This document shows positions 21,202 to 33,598 of a DNA stretch of 64,000 nt, piece by piece (the stretch's first letter is position 1; each line of letters starts with the position of its first letter). The stretch comes from Paraphysomonas bandaiensis (Eukaryota; Protista; Chrysophyceae). The stretch is from assembly GCA_965644295.1 (NCBI GenBank), contig CBFFRP010000217.1, positions 415,885 to 479,884 on the forward strand, written 5' to 3'. The translations under genes and the position numbers were made by a program. Below the pieces are notes generated by a model. It was not told where the DNA came from. It made no database searches and worked only from the letters and a program-made list of their open reading frames with translations.

Positions 21202-24200
21202 ATGAACGATTGTCACGACTTTATAATAGATGTGGAGAATACAGCTAAACGTATTCTTAAGCAGTCAAATAAGAAGCAGCTGGAGGCCACTAGACAAGAT
21301 CAACTTCGTCAAGCTCGATTAGATAAGAAAACAAAGAAGAAACAATCTGATAAGGGTCATGGTACTATGAATATCGCTGATATTTATAGTAATGATAAGG
21401 TCACACTTGAGAGGACGTTTGGTACCAGTACAGCAGGTATGAAGCCACTGGTAGACACTGCTATGGCGAAGACGAGAGTGTTGGATTACTCTGTACCTCG
21501 TATGGCTATCTCATTAGGAGCTGATACGGTTAATTTAGATGGAAATAAGTCACTTGATAGTGGTAGTACTCCGCTTAAACCCGGTAATTTAAGTCCAATT
21601 CGCAAACGGCCTAGTTCCTCTAGTGGAAAGGCTGTACGGACTCAAGCACTGGAGGAAGAAAAACAATTGCGCCGGAGCAAAATTTTAGAAAAACTAAAGG
21701 ACTCTCCGTTTCAACCTAGCCCTACAACTCTTGCCTTAGAGAAAATGAATAGTAAGAAGGCTGCCTTGACAAGTAAATCCACTCCGAATTTGAAACAGGA
21801 AACTGACTGGGCATTGCGTATGCATGCCAGCAATGTACTTAGTGGTAAGGGTTCCTCCTCCAACGCAAATAAGATATTTCTTAAATCACAAGCTGCTGCT
21901 AATGTGCCGACTGGAGTGGTTAAGGAGGCACAAGGACCGATTGATTGGTCTTCACGGGGATTACGTGAAAAGTACCGGAATGAGGATGCGCGCGAATTGG
22001 CATGGTCAACATATATGGATGCTATATCTTATGCTGATAACACGGCTTTTGAAGAAGACAAGCAGTTGATCCCTGTAGCTGTAGTTGAACGTCACCCCGT
22101 CATGCGAATGTTTTTTGACCGTCTGACTGAAGAGAATTTACTCTCCCGCCAACGCACTTTGGCTCGACTACGTATGAAGCGCTTTGTGCAAAATGTACAG
22201 GAGGTGTGGCTAACGAATCTCGCCCATCTAAGAGAGCACCAGGTGGAGAACATGTTTGGTGCAACAGGTAGTAGTAGCAGTGCTGGAGGAAGCCGAAGTG
22301 GTAGCGGTACCAACAGTGAAGGAAGCGTAGGCATCGGGGTGCCAGGTATTTCATATCATGTTAAAGTTTTTAATAACTGACAGTATTATTCGCCATCGAC
22401 TGTAGTTTTAGTGTTGTGACGAATGTGTTGTTTTCAGTTAATGCAATAATATTCTCATCATAGTACCTTATTGTTCACTATGATATTATTCAGGTGGTAC
22501 AGGTGGAGGAGGTGTGCCGAGAGGAAAAGGTCTTCGAGACCGCCGTGATGTGCGAGCTATCAAGGACATGTCTTCTCAAATTCAGAGTGTCTCCCACACG
22601 AGAGCACTCAAAAGTTCCTTTTATACTACCAGAATGCCAGAACCATCTGTGCGGCTTGATTATGTCGCTGAACCATGTCCGAAGCACGATGTTTCAGCTC
22701 TGCTTCCACCGCCTCCGTTTCATCAAAGACTGCTTTTACAGCGTACAGATTTGAGTACCACAGAAAGTTCATGGCCGTTTGTTGTGTGCATTGACCGGCT
22801 TGTACCACCTTTCGCCTCTAGTCCGAGCCCGCGGCCAACTGGGACAGGTGATGCTACTCCATCAACTGAAGATGGAACACCGGTTCCAACTCTGCAGTCG
22901 CATCAAGCGAGCACATTCACAGCGTCTTCAGCGTCAAATGTGATGTGGAGAGTTAATTTGGTCCGTACGAACGAGGAGCTTCTTGTGAAGACGTATCTTA
23001 TACCGGAGAAAGACGTAGAGTATTTTATTAGTGATTTAGCTGAGAAGTGGCAAGAACTGCATGGTGACGATGCTGATACTGTCAGTCAGACAAGTAATGG
23101 TAACGAAGAGTTAATTTATGAGATTGAGGAAGCAGACATTGCATGGGGAAATGGAATCGAGCTAAACAGTTCAGTGAGGGTGTATATACGAGATGTTGGC
23201 GCTCGCTCATTGAACTCCCTGTCGCCTGTTTCGCATCGTGACAACAGCGTTGAAATGGTAATCCATGTCGAACTCAGGGATGACTACGAAGGAGTACAAG
23301 TACATCCTCTTACCATCAACTCTATCGAACTCTGCTCACTACTTGGTGTGCAAGAGACTCCTTCCATTGCAATATCTATCAAGGAATGGTTCCGCGAAAG
23401 TGTTTCTGCTGACAGTGCAAGTCATTATATATGGGAGCGTTTAGCATTTCAGTTGCATTTTACGGAAGGTGATGAGGATGCTGGGACTGGAGACCCTTTA
23501 CCCACTACACTTGGTTTACATCCTCATGAGGTAGATACAGCAACATCATATCAGGCAGGTCAGAATGACTCATCTGTAAATGAGTTTGGACAGAACAAAA
23601 TATTGAACTCGAATGTGCTACCCAGTGCAAAGGCTATACAGATGGCATACACACTCCTGAGCTTGTTGCAAGTGTCTGATGAGTTGGAGTTGTCAGTAGC
23701 TGATCTGCAACTACCAGAGGGTATCACAATGACAACTGATGAAGATGAGGCTGGAGCCGAAAAGTCATCAAAAGTTCTGGATGTGGCATACCTTCCATTT
23801 AAGTACATAGAAGACAATCATTCTTTTGAGGATCTTGCGGATGTCGTGAATTCGTTATCGCTGCGTGTGAGTGGTGGTGAACAGCTCTTATCTCAAATTC
23901 CAGGAGCATCTGCGGTGGGATCAATGGGCCTTTGGTACACATATCCTCTGCATAAAGAGCGTACACAGGCATCCGCTATTTTTTATCGCAACCCACAGGT
24001 GTCCTCTACCGATACGGTGCTAGTAAACCTCACTCTTGCACTGGACACTTCCGTGTTATCTCTTCCATCTCTGGCTTGGGAAGGGCACCCAGAGAATCCT
24101 CCAGCTACGATTCACAATCCTGCAGATGGAGTTGTTCCTATGATATCCCCCTTTCCGAAGACCCTTACTGCCACTCCTGTGAAGACAATATACGATTCGC

Positions 24201-27197
24201 TGACGACTCCAGTGGTTCACATATTTTCGACTACGCCAATTGAGGGTATGGATTATCCGGAGCTCGAGCCCCTGTGGACGAAACGAAAGAAGGCCCCGAA
24301 GGGCTTCTACCGGCACGTCCCGCTACGAAGCAAGGATGGCTTCCGACACCAAGTCACTGAAAATCTACTTGCGACGGACCCTGTGCTTCCAACGATTGTA
24401 TTCGGTGTTACGAGGATGGGTGCTATGCCCAACGCACCAGCTGTGCATACCAGAAGTGTTTGGCACTCGATTATTACTATTAATGAGAGTATTAATAGGT
24501 GACTTATATATAATTATTTTGTTATGACGTTTACATGGAAATTTTTGTTCAGGGTACGGGGGGCCCAAGACTACCACTACGTTCTCGCTAATGACTTATC
24601 ACATGGACCCAATGATCCGGCGTGTTTTACCATTCGCTTTTTTGGATATGGTAGTAAGGAGTTGTTTCGTGCGGATATTTTATGTAGTGCGTTCCAAATG
24701 ATGGAAGCACAATATAAAGAGATTCAAGTGGAGAGGGATAGATTTGCACGTGAGAATTCGCTTGAAGCGAAGATCGAGAGCAGTGAGGTATGTTATCTGT
24801 ACTGTATTGGTGTCGATTCCGATGTGTTTGAGGGTCTTTCTAACTCTGAATGTCAAGGTGTATCTGAGAACGAAACAGAAGCAGTATGAGATACTAATTC
24901 GAAAGCGAACTCAGCTTGCAATTGAAAAGAAAATGCGCAAGGTTAGTATGGTGAATGGGGCGTTTGAGTAATTTACAATGTCTCGTCTGTTTTTCTTGCT
25001 TTCCTGTCGAAGATAGTAGTGTTTCAATATAACGTAGAGCCATATGTGCAATAGGTATCGAAATCTGAATTGGGGTGGAGGCGGCGATTAGAGTTTAGTG
25101 TAGTCTTGGAAACGCAGGGAGATTGGGAGCAACGTCTGGATCAGCGGGCTGGTACTTGTTTCTTCCACCGTATAACAGAAGATGGACCTGAGTTTGAGGC
25201 GCTAGTTGACACATGTCAATGGGAAGTTCCTCCTACGTGGAACGGTGATCCTTTGGCAGCGGCTGTTGAAGGAGAGCATAAAACGGACGTTAAAGGATCA
25301 ACGAATATGGATATGACCCCAGGAGAAGGTGCGTTCAACCAACCCGAAGAAGTATGGATGCCCCATTTAGAATTGGGGGAAATGTCACACTTCAGTGACG
25401 ATAAGACACCTGGCACAAAGTCCACAACACTTAAGCGTCCTGGACAAGATAAAGGGGACAAACGTGTAGGTACAGCGAGAGGTAGTCTAACATCTCGCTC
25501 CAGCCGAATCAGCCCCTCTAAAGAGTCAAGCCAGCCAACACACGCAGCTGGCTCAGGTGCTAGTGGACCTGGTGCAGCAGAAGAACTTCTACTTAATGAT
25601 GACCTTGTGTATGCACTTGCACGACGTCTTGGCCTTCCAACTGACTCAATTGTTCCGGCATCTCAATTGCCATCTGTCTTCACGGCTAATACATCAATGG
25701 ATAAAAGCCGGTCGTTTGCAAAGGGATCTGTATCGTTTGACCCATTTTCATCCTTTCAGTCATCGACTGATGAAGGTATCCATTACCACTCTTACATGCA
25801 GAGTTGAAATGTGATTGCATCACATACCGTTCGCAATACTTGTGCACATTGTCTGCTACGCTTTTAATATTTGTGTTCATATTATTCGCGATGATTATGA
25901 TAGCTTATCTTACTGATTGCTACGCAGGAAGTGGCGAAGGTTTACTGGCCCCTCGATTGCCTTCAGATATACCTGCTGTTCGGGATGCCGAAGACCCTGA
26001 ATTTGATTCTGACGATGATCTCTGGTCAGACGACGAACGCCTCGTGGGAGACATGGAAGACGACGATGTTGGCGCATTCTTACCTGCTAGCCATGCAGAT
26101 GTTAAGCGATATAAAAAAGAACAAGCGGAATTATTGGGTAACGCTGGGATAGACAAAGAAACAAAGAAACCAGACACCGCAGCACGAAGTGGAGAAAAAG
26201 TACCATATCTCAATTTACAGGATCGTATTGGTGTCGGTGAGCCACATGAAAACAACAAGAGTGTGATGGCTTGGCGTAAATTGCCTCGTCCAGAAATTCC
26301 CGCGAAATTCTTTCAGCGGTGTACCCAAACCAACACTCTGGGTCCGGACAGTGGTTCTGTGTCTAACAAGCCTAATACTCCTGTATTTTTAGTGCCACTT
26401 TCACCCGTAGATGCATGTCAATACGAACCGATGACGTTCAGTGTTGATGTTGAAAGCATATTTATTCCTGATGCAAAGCAAGATATGGATCGGGTGTTGG
26501 CGAATATTGAGCGGAACATTGCCCGCGAGGAGGAGCTATCGAAGACTGTAGCTACCGATGATGTGCTTCTCTTTGGTGGCAACAATACTGAGGGCATGAC
26601 TTCAGTGGATAACTTTGTCGCCAAGCAATATAGACAAGACAAGGAAGCCTTCCGGGATCCAAAGCAAGAGGCTGTGGAAAAGGCGCTACTTGCAGCGAAA
26701 ACCACCAACCTTGCCGAGATGGAGGATGCCCTCGAGGAAGATATTTCTATCGACACAGCAGACCAGTTTGGAAACACTCTTCTCATACTTGCTGCTCAAC
26801 AGGTGATTAATGCACCTTTGTGTTATACTACTTATTGTTGAGTTTTTCTCGCGCTTATAGTCATTTACACTGCTCGTGCTATTGAGCTATAGTTTCGTTA
26901 ATCTGAACACCTGATTTTTCGTAGGGAAGCAAGCGAATGTGCAAATATTTGCTTCGTCGCGGGGCGAATATCAACGTGCAGACTCTCGCTGGACATACAG
27001 CTCTGCATTACTGTTATGCATATTCTCACTTCGAGCTGGCAGAATATCTGAAATCTAGGGTAAGTGTGTTCGTGTTTCATAAAGCTTGAGAATTATAATT
27101 TATATACCAATAGGGGGCTAATGACGCCATTCTAAATGGCGAGAATTTAACGTGTTACGAAGGACTTAGTGCCTCTGGTGTAGCAGCGATTGTATAA
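21202..27197 (+). CDS. Large multi-exon protein with a WW-like domain and C-terminal ankyrin repeats
   Basis: Successive long + ORFs separated by GT-AG introns. WW-like GDWEQRLDQRAGTCFFH...CQWEVP; ankyrins DQFGNTLLILAAQQ|GSKRMCKYLLRRGANINVQTLAGHTALHY; stop TAA at 27195-27197. Exon boundaries approximate. Confidence 0.6.
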
Positions 27198-27756
27198 ATA
27201 GTGTCGTACAATAAATCCATTATGCTTTTATGACGAGCATAGTAGTTGTATCTAGTATTGTACGGATCACTGTGAGGTAATTGTGATGGTAAATTGTGAC
27301 ATTTCGAATGTTAGGTGAACGTTGGTGTAGTCGCTATAGTGTGGATGTATTACTGATAGTATATACTTATTCTTTTCTGATGAAACTCGAGGTACTGTAA
27401 TTGATCTAGTAACTATACTTCTGACTGATGTGTTTGGTATTGAATGCGAATGATGGTCATTCCATTGATCATGGAATCGTAGGTAGACATGTATTAATTA
27501 TTGATATTAAGATGCAATTTCTTCACTCAGGAAGTTGCTTGTAGATAGTAGATAGCATTGTAGTTGTAGATTTATTTATTGTTATTCATTTATATTGATT
27601 ATTGCTATGGATGAGGATATGAATGTTGGAGCACAATATCCTTCTAAGTTGGAGACAGTGAGAAGGACCTTGAGGATAGTGCTAGAGGGATATGACCCTT
27701 CAATAGCCAATACTAGTGAGGACCAAGTTAGGGCTGTTGGTATTGCATTTGGTCTA

Positions 27757-28021
27757 AATAAAGAATTGATCTTTATAATAGTAAAACAATGTTGTGATTA
27801 TTAGAGTGTAAGTAAAGAACACAATAGAGTGAAAATTATGAATGACAATGTAGAACGTACTATCATGCACAACGGAATAGTTAGAAGTGTAACTGATAAT
27901 GACGACGTTATGATGACGATCACATATCTTCGACAGATACTCTCTCTAATTCAGTTCATGATATATTTCATTGAACATTATAACTCACAGATACAATCAT
28001 GTATTAAGCTGAATCCTAATA
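27757..28021 (-). repeat. 3' LTR of the Copia element
   Basis: Direct repeat of 33248-33512. Confidence 0.95.
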
Positions 28022-28221
28022 CGCCCCCTCAATGAAATAATCAGTGAACCGTAGATAATAGAGAAAATATGAACTTATGCACACTGAGAGTAAAAACCAG
28101 AGTAGCAGTCACTATCCAATAACAAGCGAACTGCAGAGATGCTGTATTGTGAGACCATCCTTCTAGTCCAGCATCATGTATTGAATAAAAGTAAAAAAAA
28201 ATGGTAAAAACTCCGTGTAAC

Positions 28222-31200
28222 TCAAACTAGCCACCTAGGTCGTTTGTGGCTTGTTAATTGTGATTTAGGTGTCTCTGAGGTTGTTGATCGCTTCCTGTTG
28301 CTGCTGGATGGGATGTCGAACCCAGCTCCCCCCATCAATGTAGTTCGCAATTGAAGAAAATTAGTTGCTCCTAGTGGTTTCGTGAGAAGATCGGCTAACA
28401 TTGACGTGGTGGGAATATGGTCAACAGTCAATTGGTTTTCGGCAATATTTTCTCGAATGAAATGGTACCGTATCGCAATATGTTTCGTACGACGATGATG
28501 AATAGGATTGTAACATAATTGGACTGCCCCTTTATTATCGCACCAAATAGTTGTTGAGAATGGAAGTTTGAAACCAATTTCTGATAATAAAGAGCGTAGC
28601 CATAATGCTTCCTGAGCTGCTGACGATAGAGCCATATACTCAGCTTCAGTAGATGACAATGCCACAGTTGTCTGTAATCGAGATTGCCATGATATAAGAC
28701 AATTACCTATGAAGAATGTAAAGGCTGTAGTGGACCGTCGAGTGAGGTGACACCGTGCCCAATCGCTATCGCAGTATCCTGACAATGTTATGTGGGATCC
28801 AGAATATATCAATCCTTGCTTAGCAGTGCCTTTGAGATACCTAAGAACATGTAGCGCAGCATTACAGGTAGTTAGATTAGGCATATCAGAAAATCTGGCA
28901 AGAGTATTGACTGCATAGGCGATATCCGGTCGAGTGCATACAGCTAGATACATTAGGGAACCTATGAGCTCCTTGTAGGGGAAATTCTGAACATAACTTT
29001 GATTTGACTCTGAAAGATGATTGTATTCATGTAAATCATAGTTGAAAGACAGTAACATAGGTGTTGACATGGGTTTACTGTTAGACATGTTGAATTTGTC
29101 CAGTAACTTTCTGACGTACTGCTCCTGACTGAGAGTCGTGATATTTTTGTCAAAATCTTGATGAATGGAGATGCCCAAGTAATAGTCTAGGAGTCCGAGA
29201 TCCGTAATTTCGAACTTTTTGGATAAATGGTCTTTGAATTGTTGGATATCAGTGTCGGATGTAGATGCTATAATAATATCATCCACATACATGGCTATTA
29301 GCATAATCCTGCCATTAATCTGTTTTTTGAATATACACGGGTCAGATATTAGTCTGGTGAAACCCATATCTAGCATAAAATTTGTACAGCACTTATACCA
29401 GTTAAGACCTGCTTGCTTTAGACCGTAGATGCTTTTCATCAGTTTGAGGACTTTTCCGTCAGGGACGTCCATGCCAGGAGGGGGATGCATGTATATGTCC
29501 TCTTCGAGGTCAGCATTGATGTACGCAGTTGTGAAATCGATTTGGTGCAATTTGAGTTTCATAATAGTCGAAAGGGCAATAATTGTACGTAGTGATGTAG
29601 CCTTCGCGACGGGGCTGTATGTATCATTATAATCGATGCCTTGGATTTGAGTAAAACCCTGTGCGACCAGTCGAGCCTTGAATTTGATATCATTCTGTTT
29701 TCTTTTTATTTTGAATATGAGTTTCCCCTTTATGGCTCTTGCTCCAGGTGGTAACGCAGTGTATCTCCAGCATCCTTTCCTCTGAAGAGTGGATATTTCT
29801 CTGTTGATAGCATCGATCCACTGCTGTTTATATTTACCTGAAATAGCATCTTGAACACTCTTTGGTGTATCAGTTAGCTCGTCAATGTCATCGCAATTAC
29901 TGATAGCATGCATAACAATATCAATATTGTTTGTATGTAATTTTGATATACATTGTGTATCATGTGCCATATGATTTACTACATGTTTAGCATTTACATC
30001 ACATGTATATGCACCATCACCAAGTTTATGTATATTTACAATTACCCGTTTCCTGGCCATTCTCCTGCTTCGGAGAACACTCTTTTTACCAGCTAATAAT
30101 TGTTGTTTTGCTGTTGCACGGACCTTACTTGGCCCTTCAGGTGTATCCTGATTTTCCCAATCTCCCGATGAATCAGCAGACTTGTTACCGCGTTTGGCCA
30201 TACGCTGGTGCACACGATCCACTTGACCGTGTGGTGCCGGATTCGGCACTAGATTCCCATTGAGTTGTTTCGGAGGGCGAGTCTTCGCTATCTTTGCATC
30301 GGAGTGGGTAGGTTCACACCGATGGCTGCTGATTCTCTCCTGCGCGGCATCATGATGTCTGAGATTCTCGCCACTCCCCCTGGAAGTAGCGGCTGGCGCT
30401 GGAGATCCAATAACTGTATCGGGGTCTCGATCTGATTTGCTGGATTTATGTATTGGGGTTTTCGATCGAGAAGTATTACATTTGAGACCAACTGCTTTGA
30501 GATCTATGTAGTCTTCAGTGTACCTTTCGACGTCTGCAGCATGAATGGGGTCGTCGAGCTGGATGAGTCGTGTGATGTCACCGCTGTCGTCCACTAGACC
30601 ACGATACGCTGCGATTAATCCTTTTCTGAGCTTTACTTGAGTCGTTACATATGTTAATCCATCGTCTGGATCTACATGAGCTAGACCTATGAGATATTTG
30701 AAACTTTCTACTGTCCTGGAGGTCTCATTCTCTCTGAAGATCTCATTTATCTCCTTAAAATATCTCTTATCCGCTGGTGGAACACATTCGTTGAAAAATA
30801 CATGTCCTGATATAACAAAGTCTCTTAATGCGGGAACAAAGACTATATATCCAGGACCATCCTCTCGATAGCCCATAAAATACCCAGGCCAGCTATGTCT
30901 GTCCCAGTTGTTCTTTCGGAGACTGGAATCGATATTCACAAAGCATTTACATCCCCATATTCTGGCATAACTCAAGTCTGGTATTTCATTTTCGATGAAT
31001 TGGAGTGGGGACATGAATCCTTTAGCAGTTTTGCAAGGTAGCCTGTTCTTCATGTGTGTGGATGTCTTCATGGCTTGTTCCCAGAAATTCGTTGGAAGAC
31101 CTGAATCCATCAAGCTACTAAGTGCTCGTTCTTTGATGGTTCTCCATGGTCGCTCTTGAAATGGGTTGTCCTCAGGAGTATAGGGAGCGTTAAAAGTCCA

Positions 31201-33237
31201 TGTTGCTCCAATGTATTGGAGATATTCCAATACTTTTCGTGAGACTAGTTCCTTCCCTCCATCGGCATGGTAATGTTGTAGTCGTTTACCCCTACTGCGT
31301 AGATACGTGACGACTTTCTGGATGGATTGGATAACGAAATTTTCATCTCTCGTTGTTCCGTAGGAGTCCCACTGGTACCTTGATGCTACATCGGCGATCC
31401 CAAGTACATATCGATTTCCGGTAATAATTGCATCGGGTGTATGTGGTCCTGAGAAATCGGCTACTATGAGCTCCCCCAGCTCCTTTGCCCTTCTCATTCT
31501 TTTCAACAACATTTGGCGGGTGGCATTCCTGTGCTTTCGTCTATGTGATTTCCCAGTCGCACATCCATCGCATAAACCGCCAGGTAGAGAGGCAACACTC
31601 ATCTCCTCCTTTGTCATCTTGACACCAGTTATTAGACGTGATTTTATTGCCTTCTGTATGAGTCCAAGTGATGCATGTGCTAGTCTCTTATGTGCTAACA
31701 GTGCAGGTTGACCTGAGGCAGTTGATGCGAGGTGAGATTCATCAGTGGGAATACCGAGGTCTGATAGTGGAATTTCGTATAGGCCTCCAACGCGCTGGCC
31801 TTTCGATAGCAATATGCCGTCTTTAAATATTTCCACTGACTGGTTTCTGAATATGATTTCATGTCCGAGGTCATCCAGTTGGCTAATAGAAATGAGGGTC
31901 CTAGACGCTTGGTCCACGTGTTTGCACTTGGGGATGATTCCAAGTCTTCCATGACCTGAGGATATCATTGTAGACCCTGATTTGGCTGTTTGAATCTCGG
32001 TGAGGCAATCAGTGTAGTCCGTAAGGTAGCTTGCTTCTGATGTAATTGATACTGTGCACCCCGAGTCAAGAGATCCCATTCCTGCCTTTTGATCACTAAT
32101 GAAGTGTGATTCATCGCTCGGTGTGTAAGCAACTCCTCCGTAGTCTCGTCCTTTTTGATAGTCTGACGATGGACCACTGTCTTCATAATTTGCAAGTTGA
32201 TCAGAGTGGTCGTGGAAATATTCGTTACTCTTAGTCTGGAATTTCACTCTCTTGAATTTCGGTTTTCCTCTTGTTGATGACTTGTTGTCGGAGGAGCTTT
32301 TCATCTCTTGAATCTTCTCCCAGGAGTGCTTGCATTCCGATGCAATGTGCCCCTTTCCTCCGCATCTGAAGCACTTAATGTCTTTATCGGTTCTCTTATC
32401 ATGTTTCTGTTTATTGGAGCGATATTTGGAAGATGTCCCTCTTTTTCGCTTAAAATTGACTTTGCTGCGGGAAAATGGGGGTTTTGATGCTGCGAGGTGA
32501 CTACTGTCAGTTTTTGTGTCTTCATTGTTGGATGATAGGAGCGTTCCAACAGACGAGCTTCCTAACCCGCGAAGTCTGCGAATCAATACTTTATAATCAT
32601 CAATTGGATGTAGCTGCAGATTAATTGCCAATTCTCGGTAAACCATGTTATCTTCTGAAACAATTCCCTGTCGTATTCGGGATATTAAGTCTTGGTCGTT
32701 GATCCGATGACCATAATTGATAAGCTTGTTTTTGAGTTTTTCGATAGCGTCAAGAAAATTGATTATTGACTGACCTTTTTTGATTTTTAGGCTCTGAAAT
32801 TGACCAATCAGGTCGGTGATAACGTCATTTGTCGTTTTTTCCTTGAAGTGGGCTAGCAGATCGGTCCAGGCGGTTTTTCCGTCTCCATCGGGGACGTTTT
32901 CCAAAATCCCTTCGGCCTCTTCATCCTGACCAATGACAGCGCTCGAAATGACAGACCATAGGTAATTGTTACCTTCATCATAATATCGTTTCGTTTCGTG
33001 ATACTGGTCGAGTCGATATTGATAATCTTCGTCATCTGAAATCTCTCCTTCTTCAGGTTCAGTTGGATGATCGTTTTGTAGGGTATGAACGATCTTGGGC
33101 TTTCTGTAAAACCATGCACGGCATTTCTTCTGCCACTTGGAGAAGTTCTTCGCGTCGAACTTTGGCATTGAGTCTTTCTGTTTTTCGGTTGTTGAATCCG
33201 AGTCGGTTGAGTCGTAACTTGTAACTTTAACTGACAT
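28222..33237 (-). CDS. Copia Gag-Pol polyprotein (Gag, CCHC knuckle, protease, integrase, RT, RNase H)
   Basis: CFRCGGKGHIASEC; LDSGCT; HKRLAH...CDGC; integrase ADFSG/ADGGKE; KARLVAQGF, LMKSIYGLKQA, YVDD; YCDSDW, EAEY, DNKGA, ADLLTK. Integrase precedes RT, the Copia order. Confidence 0.97.
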   Translation of the reverse strand: MSVKVTSYDSTDSDSTTEKQKDSMPKFDAKNFSKWQKKCRAWFYRKPKIVHTLQNDHPTEPEEGEISDDEDYQYRLDQYHETKRYYDEGNNYLWSVISSAVIGQDEEAEGILENVPDGDGKTAWTDLLAHFKEKTTNDVITDLIGQFQSLKIKKGQSIINFLDAIEKLKNKLINYGHRINDQDLISRIRQGIVSEDNMVYRELAINLQLHPIDDYKVLIRRLRGLGSSSVGTLLSSNNEDTKTDSSHLAASKPPFSRSKVNFKRKRGTSSKYRSNKQKHDKRTDKDIKCFRCGGKGHIASECKHSWEKIQEMKSSSDNKSSTRGKPKFKRVKFQTKSNEYFHDHSDQLANYEDSGPSSDYQKGRDYGGVAYTPSDESHFISDQKAGMGSLDSGCTVSITSEASYLTDYTDCLTEIQTAKSGSTMISSGHGRLGIIPKCKHVDQASRTLISISQLDDLGHEIIFRNQSVEIFKDGILLSKGQRVGGLYEIPLSDLGIPTDESHLASTASGQPALLAHKRLAHASLGLIQKAIKSRLITGVKMTKEEMSVASLPGGLCDGCATGKSHRRKHRNATRQMLLKRMRRAKELGELIVADFSGPHTPDAIITGNRYVLGIADVASRYQWDSYGTTRDENFVIQSIQKVVTYLRSRGKRLQHYHADGGKELVSRKVLEYLQYIGATWTFNAPYTPEDNPFQERPWRTIKERALSSLMDSGLPTNFWEQAMKTSTHMKNRLPCKTAKGFMSPLQFIENEIPDLSYARIWGCKCFVNIDSSLRKNNWDRHSWPGYFMGYREDGPGYIVFVPALRDFVISGHVFFNECVPPADKRYFKEINEIFRENETSRTVESFKYLIGLAHVDPDDGLTYVTTQVKLRKGLIAAYRGLVDDSGDITRLIQLDDPIHAADVERYTEDYIDLKAVGLKCNTSRSKTPIHKSSKSDRDPDTVIGSPAPAATSRGSGENLRHHDAAQERISSHRCEPTHSDAKIAKTRPPKQLNGNLVPNPAPHGQVDRVHQRMAKRGNKSADSSGDWENQDTPEGPSKVRATAKQQLLAGKKSVLRSRRMARKRVIVNIHKLGDGAYTCDVNAKHVVNHMAHDTQCISKLHTNNIDIVMHAISNCDDIDELTDTPKSVQDAISGKYKQQWIDAINREISTLQRKGCWRYTALPPGARAIKGKLIFKIKRKQNDIKFKARLVAQGFTQIQGIDYNDTYSPVAKATSLRTIIALSTIMKLKLHQIDFTTAYINADLEEDIYMHPPPGMDVPDGKVLKLMKSIYGLKQAGLNWYKCCTNFMLDMGFTRLISDPCIFKKQINGRIMLIAMYVDDIIIASTSDTDIQQFKDHLSKKFEITDLGLLDYYLGISIHQDFDKNITTLSQEQYVRKLLDKFNMSNSKPMSTPMLLSFNYDLHEYNHLSESNQSYVQNFPYKELIGSLMYLAVCTRPDIAYAVNTLARFSDMPNLTTCNAALHVLRYLKGTAKQGLIYSGSHITLSGYCDSDWARCHLTRRSTTAFTFFIGNCLISWQSRLQTTVALSSTEAEYMALSSAAQEALWLRSLLSEIGFKLPFSTTIWCDNKGAVQLCYNPIHHRRTKHIAIRYHFIRENIAENQLTVDHIPTTSMLADLLTKPLGATNFLQLRTTLMGGAGFDIPSSSNRKRSTTSETPKSQLTSHKRPRWLV

Positions 33238-33247
33238 CTCGCTACCA

Positions 33248-33512
33248 AATAAAGAATTGATCTTTATAATAGTAAAACAATGTTGTGATTATTAGAGTGT
33301 AAGTAAAGAACACAATAGAGTGAAAATTATGAATGACAATGTAGAACGTACTATCATGCACAACGGAATAGTTAGAAGTGTAACTGATAATGACGACGTT
33401 ATGATGACGATCACATATCTTCGACAGATACTCTCTCTAATTCAGTTCATGATATATTTCATTGAACATTATAACTCACAGATACAATCATGTATTAAGC
33501 TGAATCCTAATA
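33248..33512 (-). repeat. 5' LTR of the Copia element
   Basis: Direct repeat of 27757-28021; adjacent to the PBS. Confidence 0.95.
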
Positions 33513-33598
33513 GTCTAGAAGAACCAGACCTAACTTGTTCCTCATTAGCATAGATTCTTCCATCACCTGTGGTGTTTGACGATCTGGGGTATTGTGTT

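Larger units (their letters stand above)
27757..33512 (-). mobile_element. Intact Ty1/Copia LTR retrotransposon
   Basis: Two 265-bp LTRs with no differences seen (27757-28021, 33248-33512); 5-bp TSD GTCTA (27752-27756, 33513-33517); PBS TGGTAGCGAG next to the 5' LTR; purine-rich PPT GAGGGGGCG next to the 3' LTR; single intact ORF. Confidence 0.95.

Noticed and set aside
27829-28035. Duplicated 68/77-aa ORF (also 33320-33553)
   Set aside because: Simply the antisense reading of the two LTR copies.
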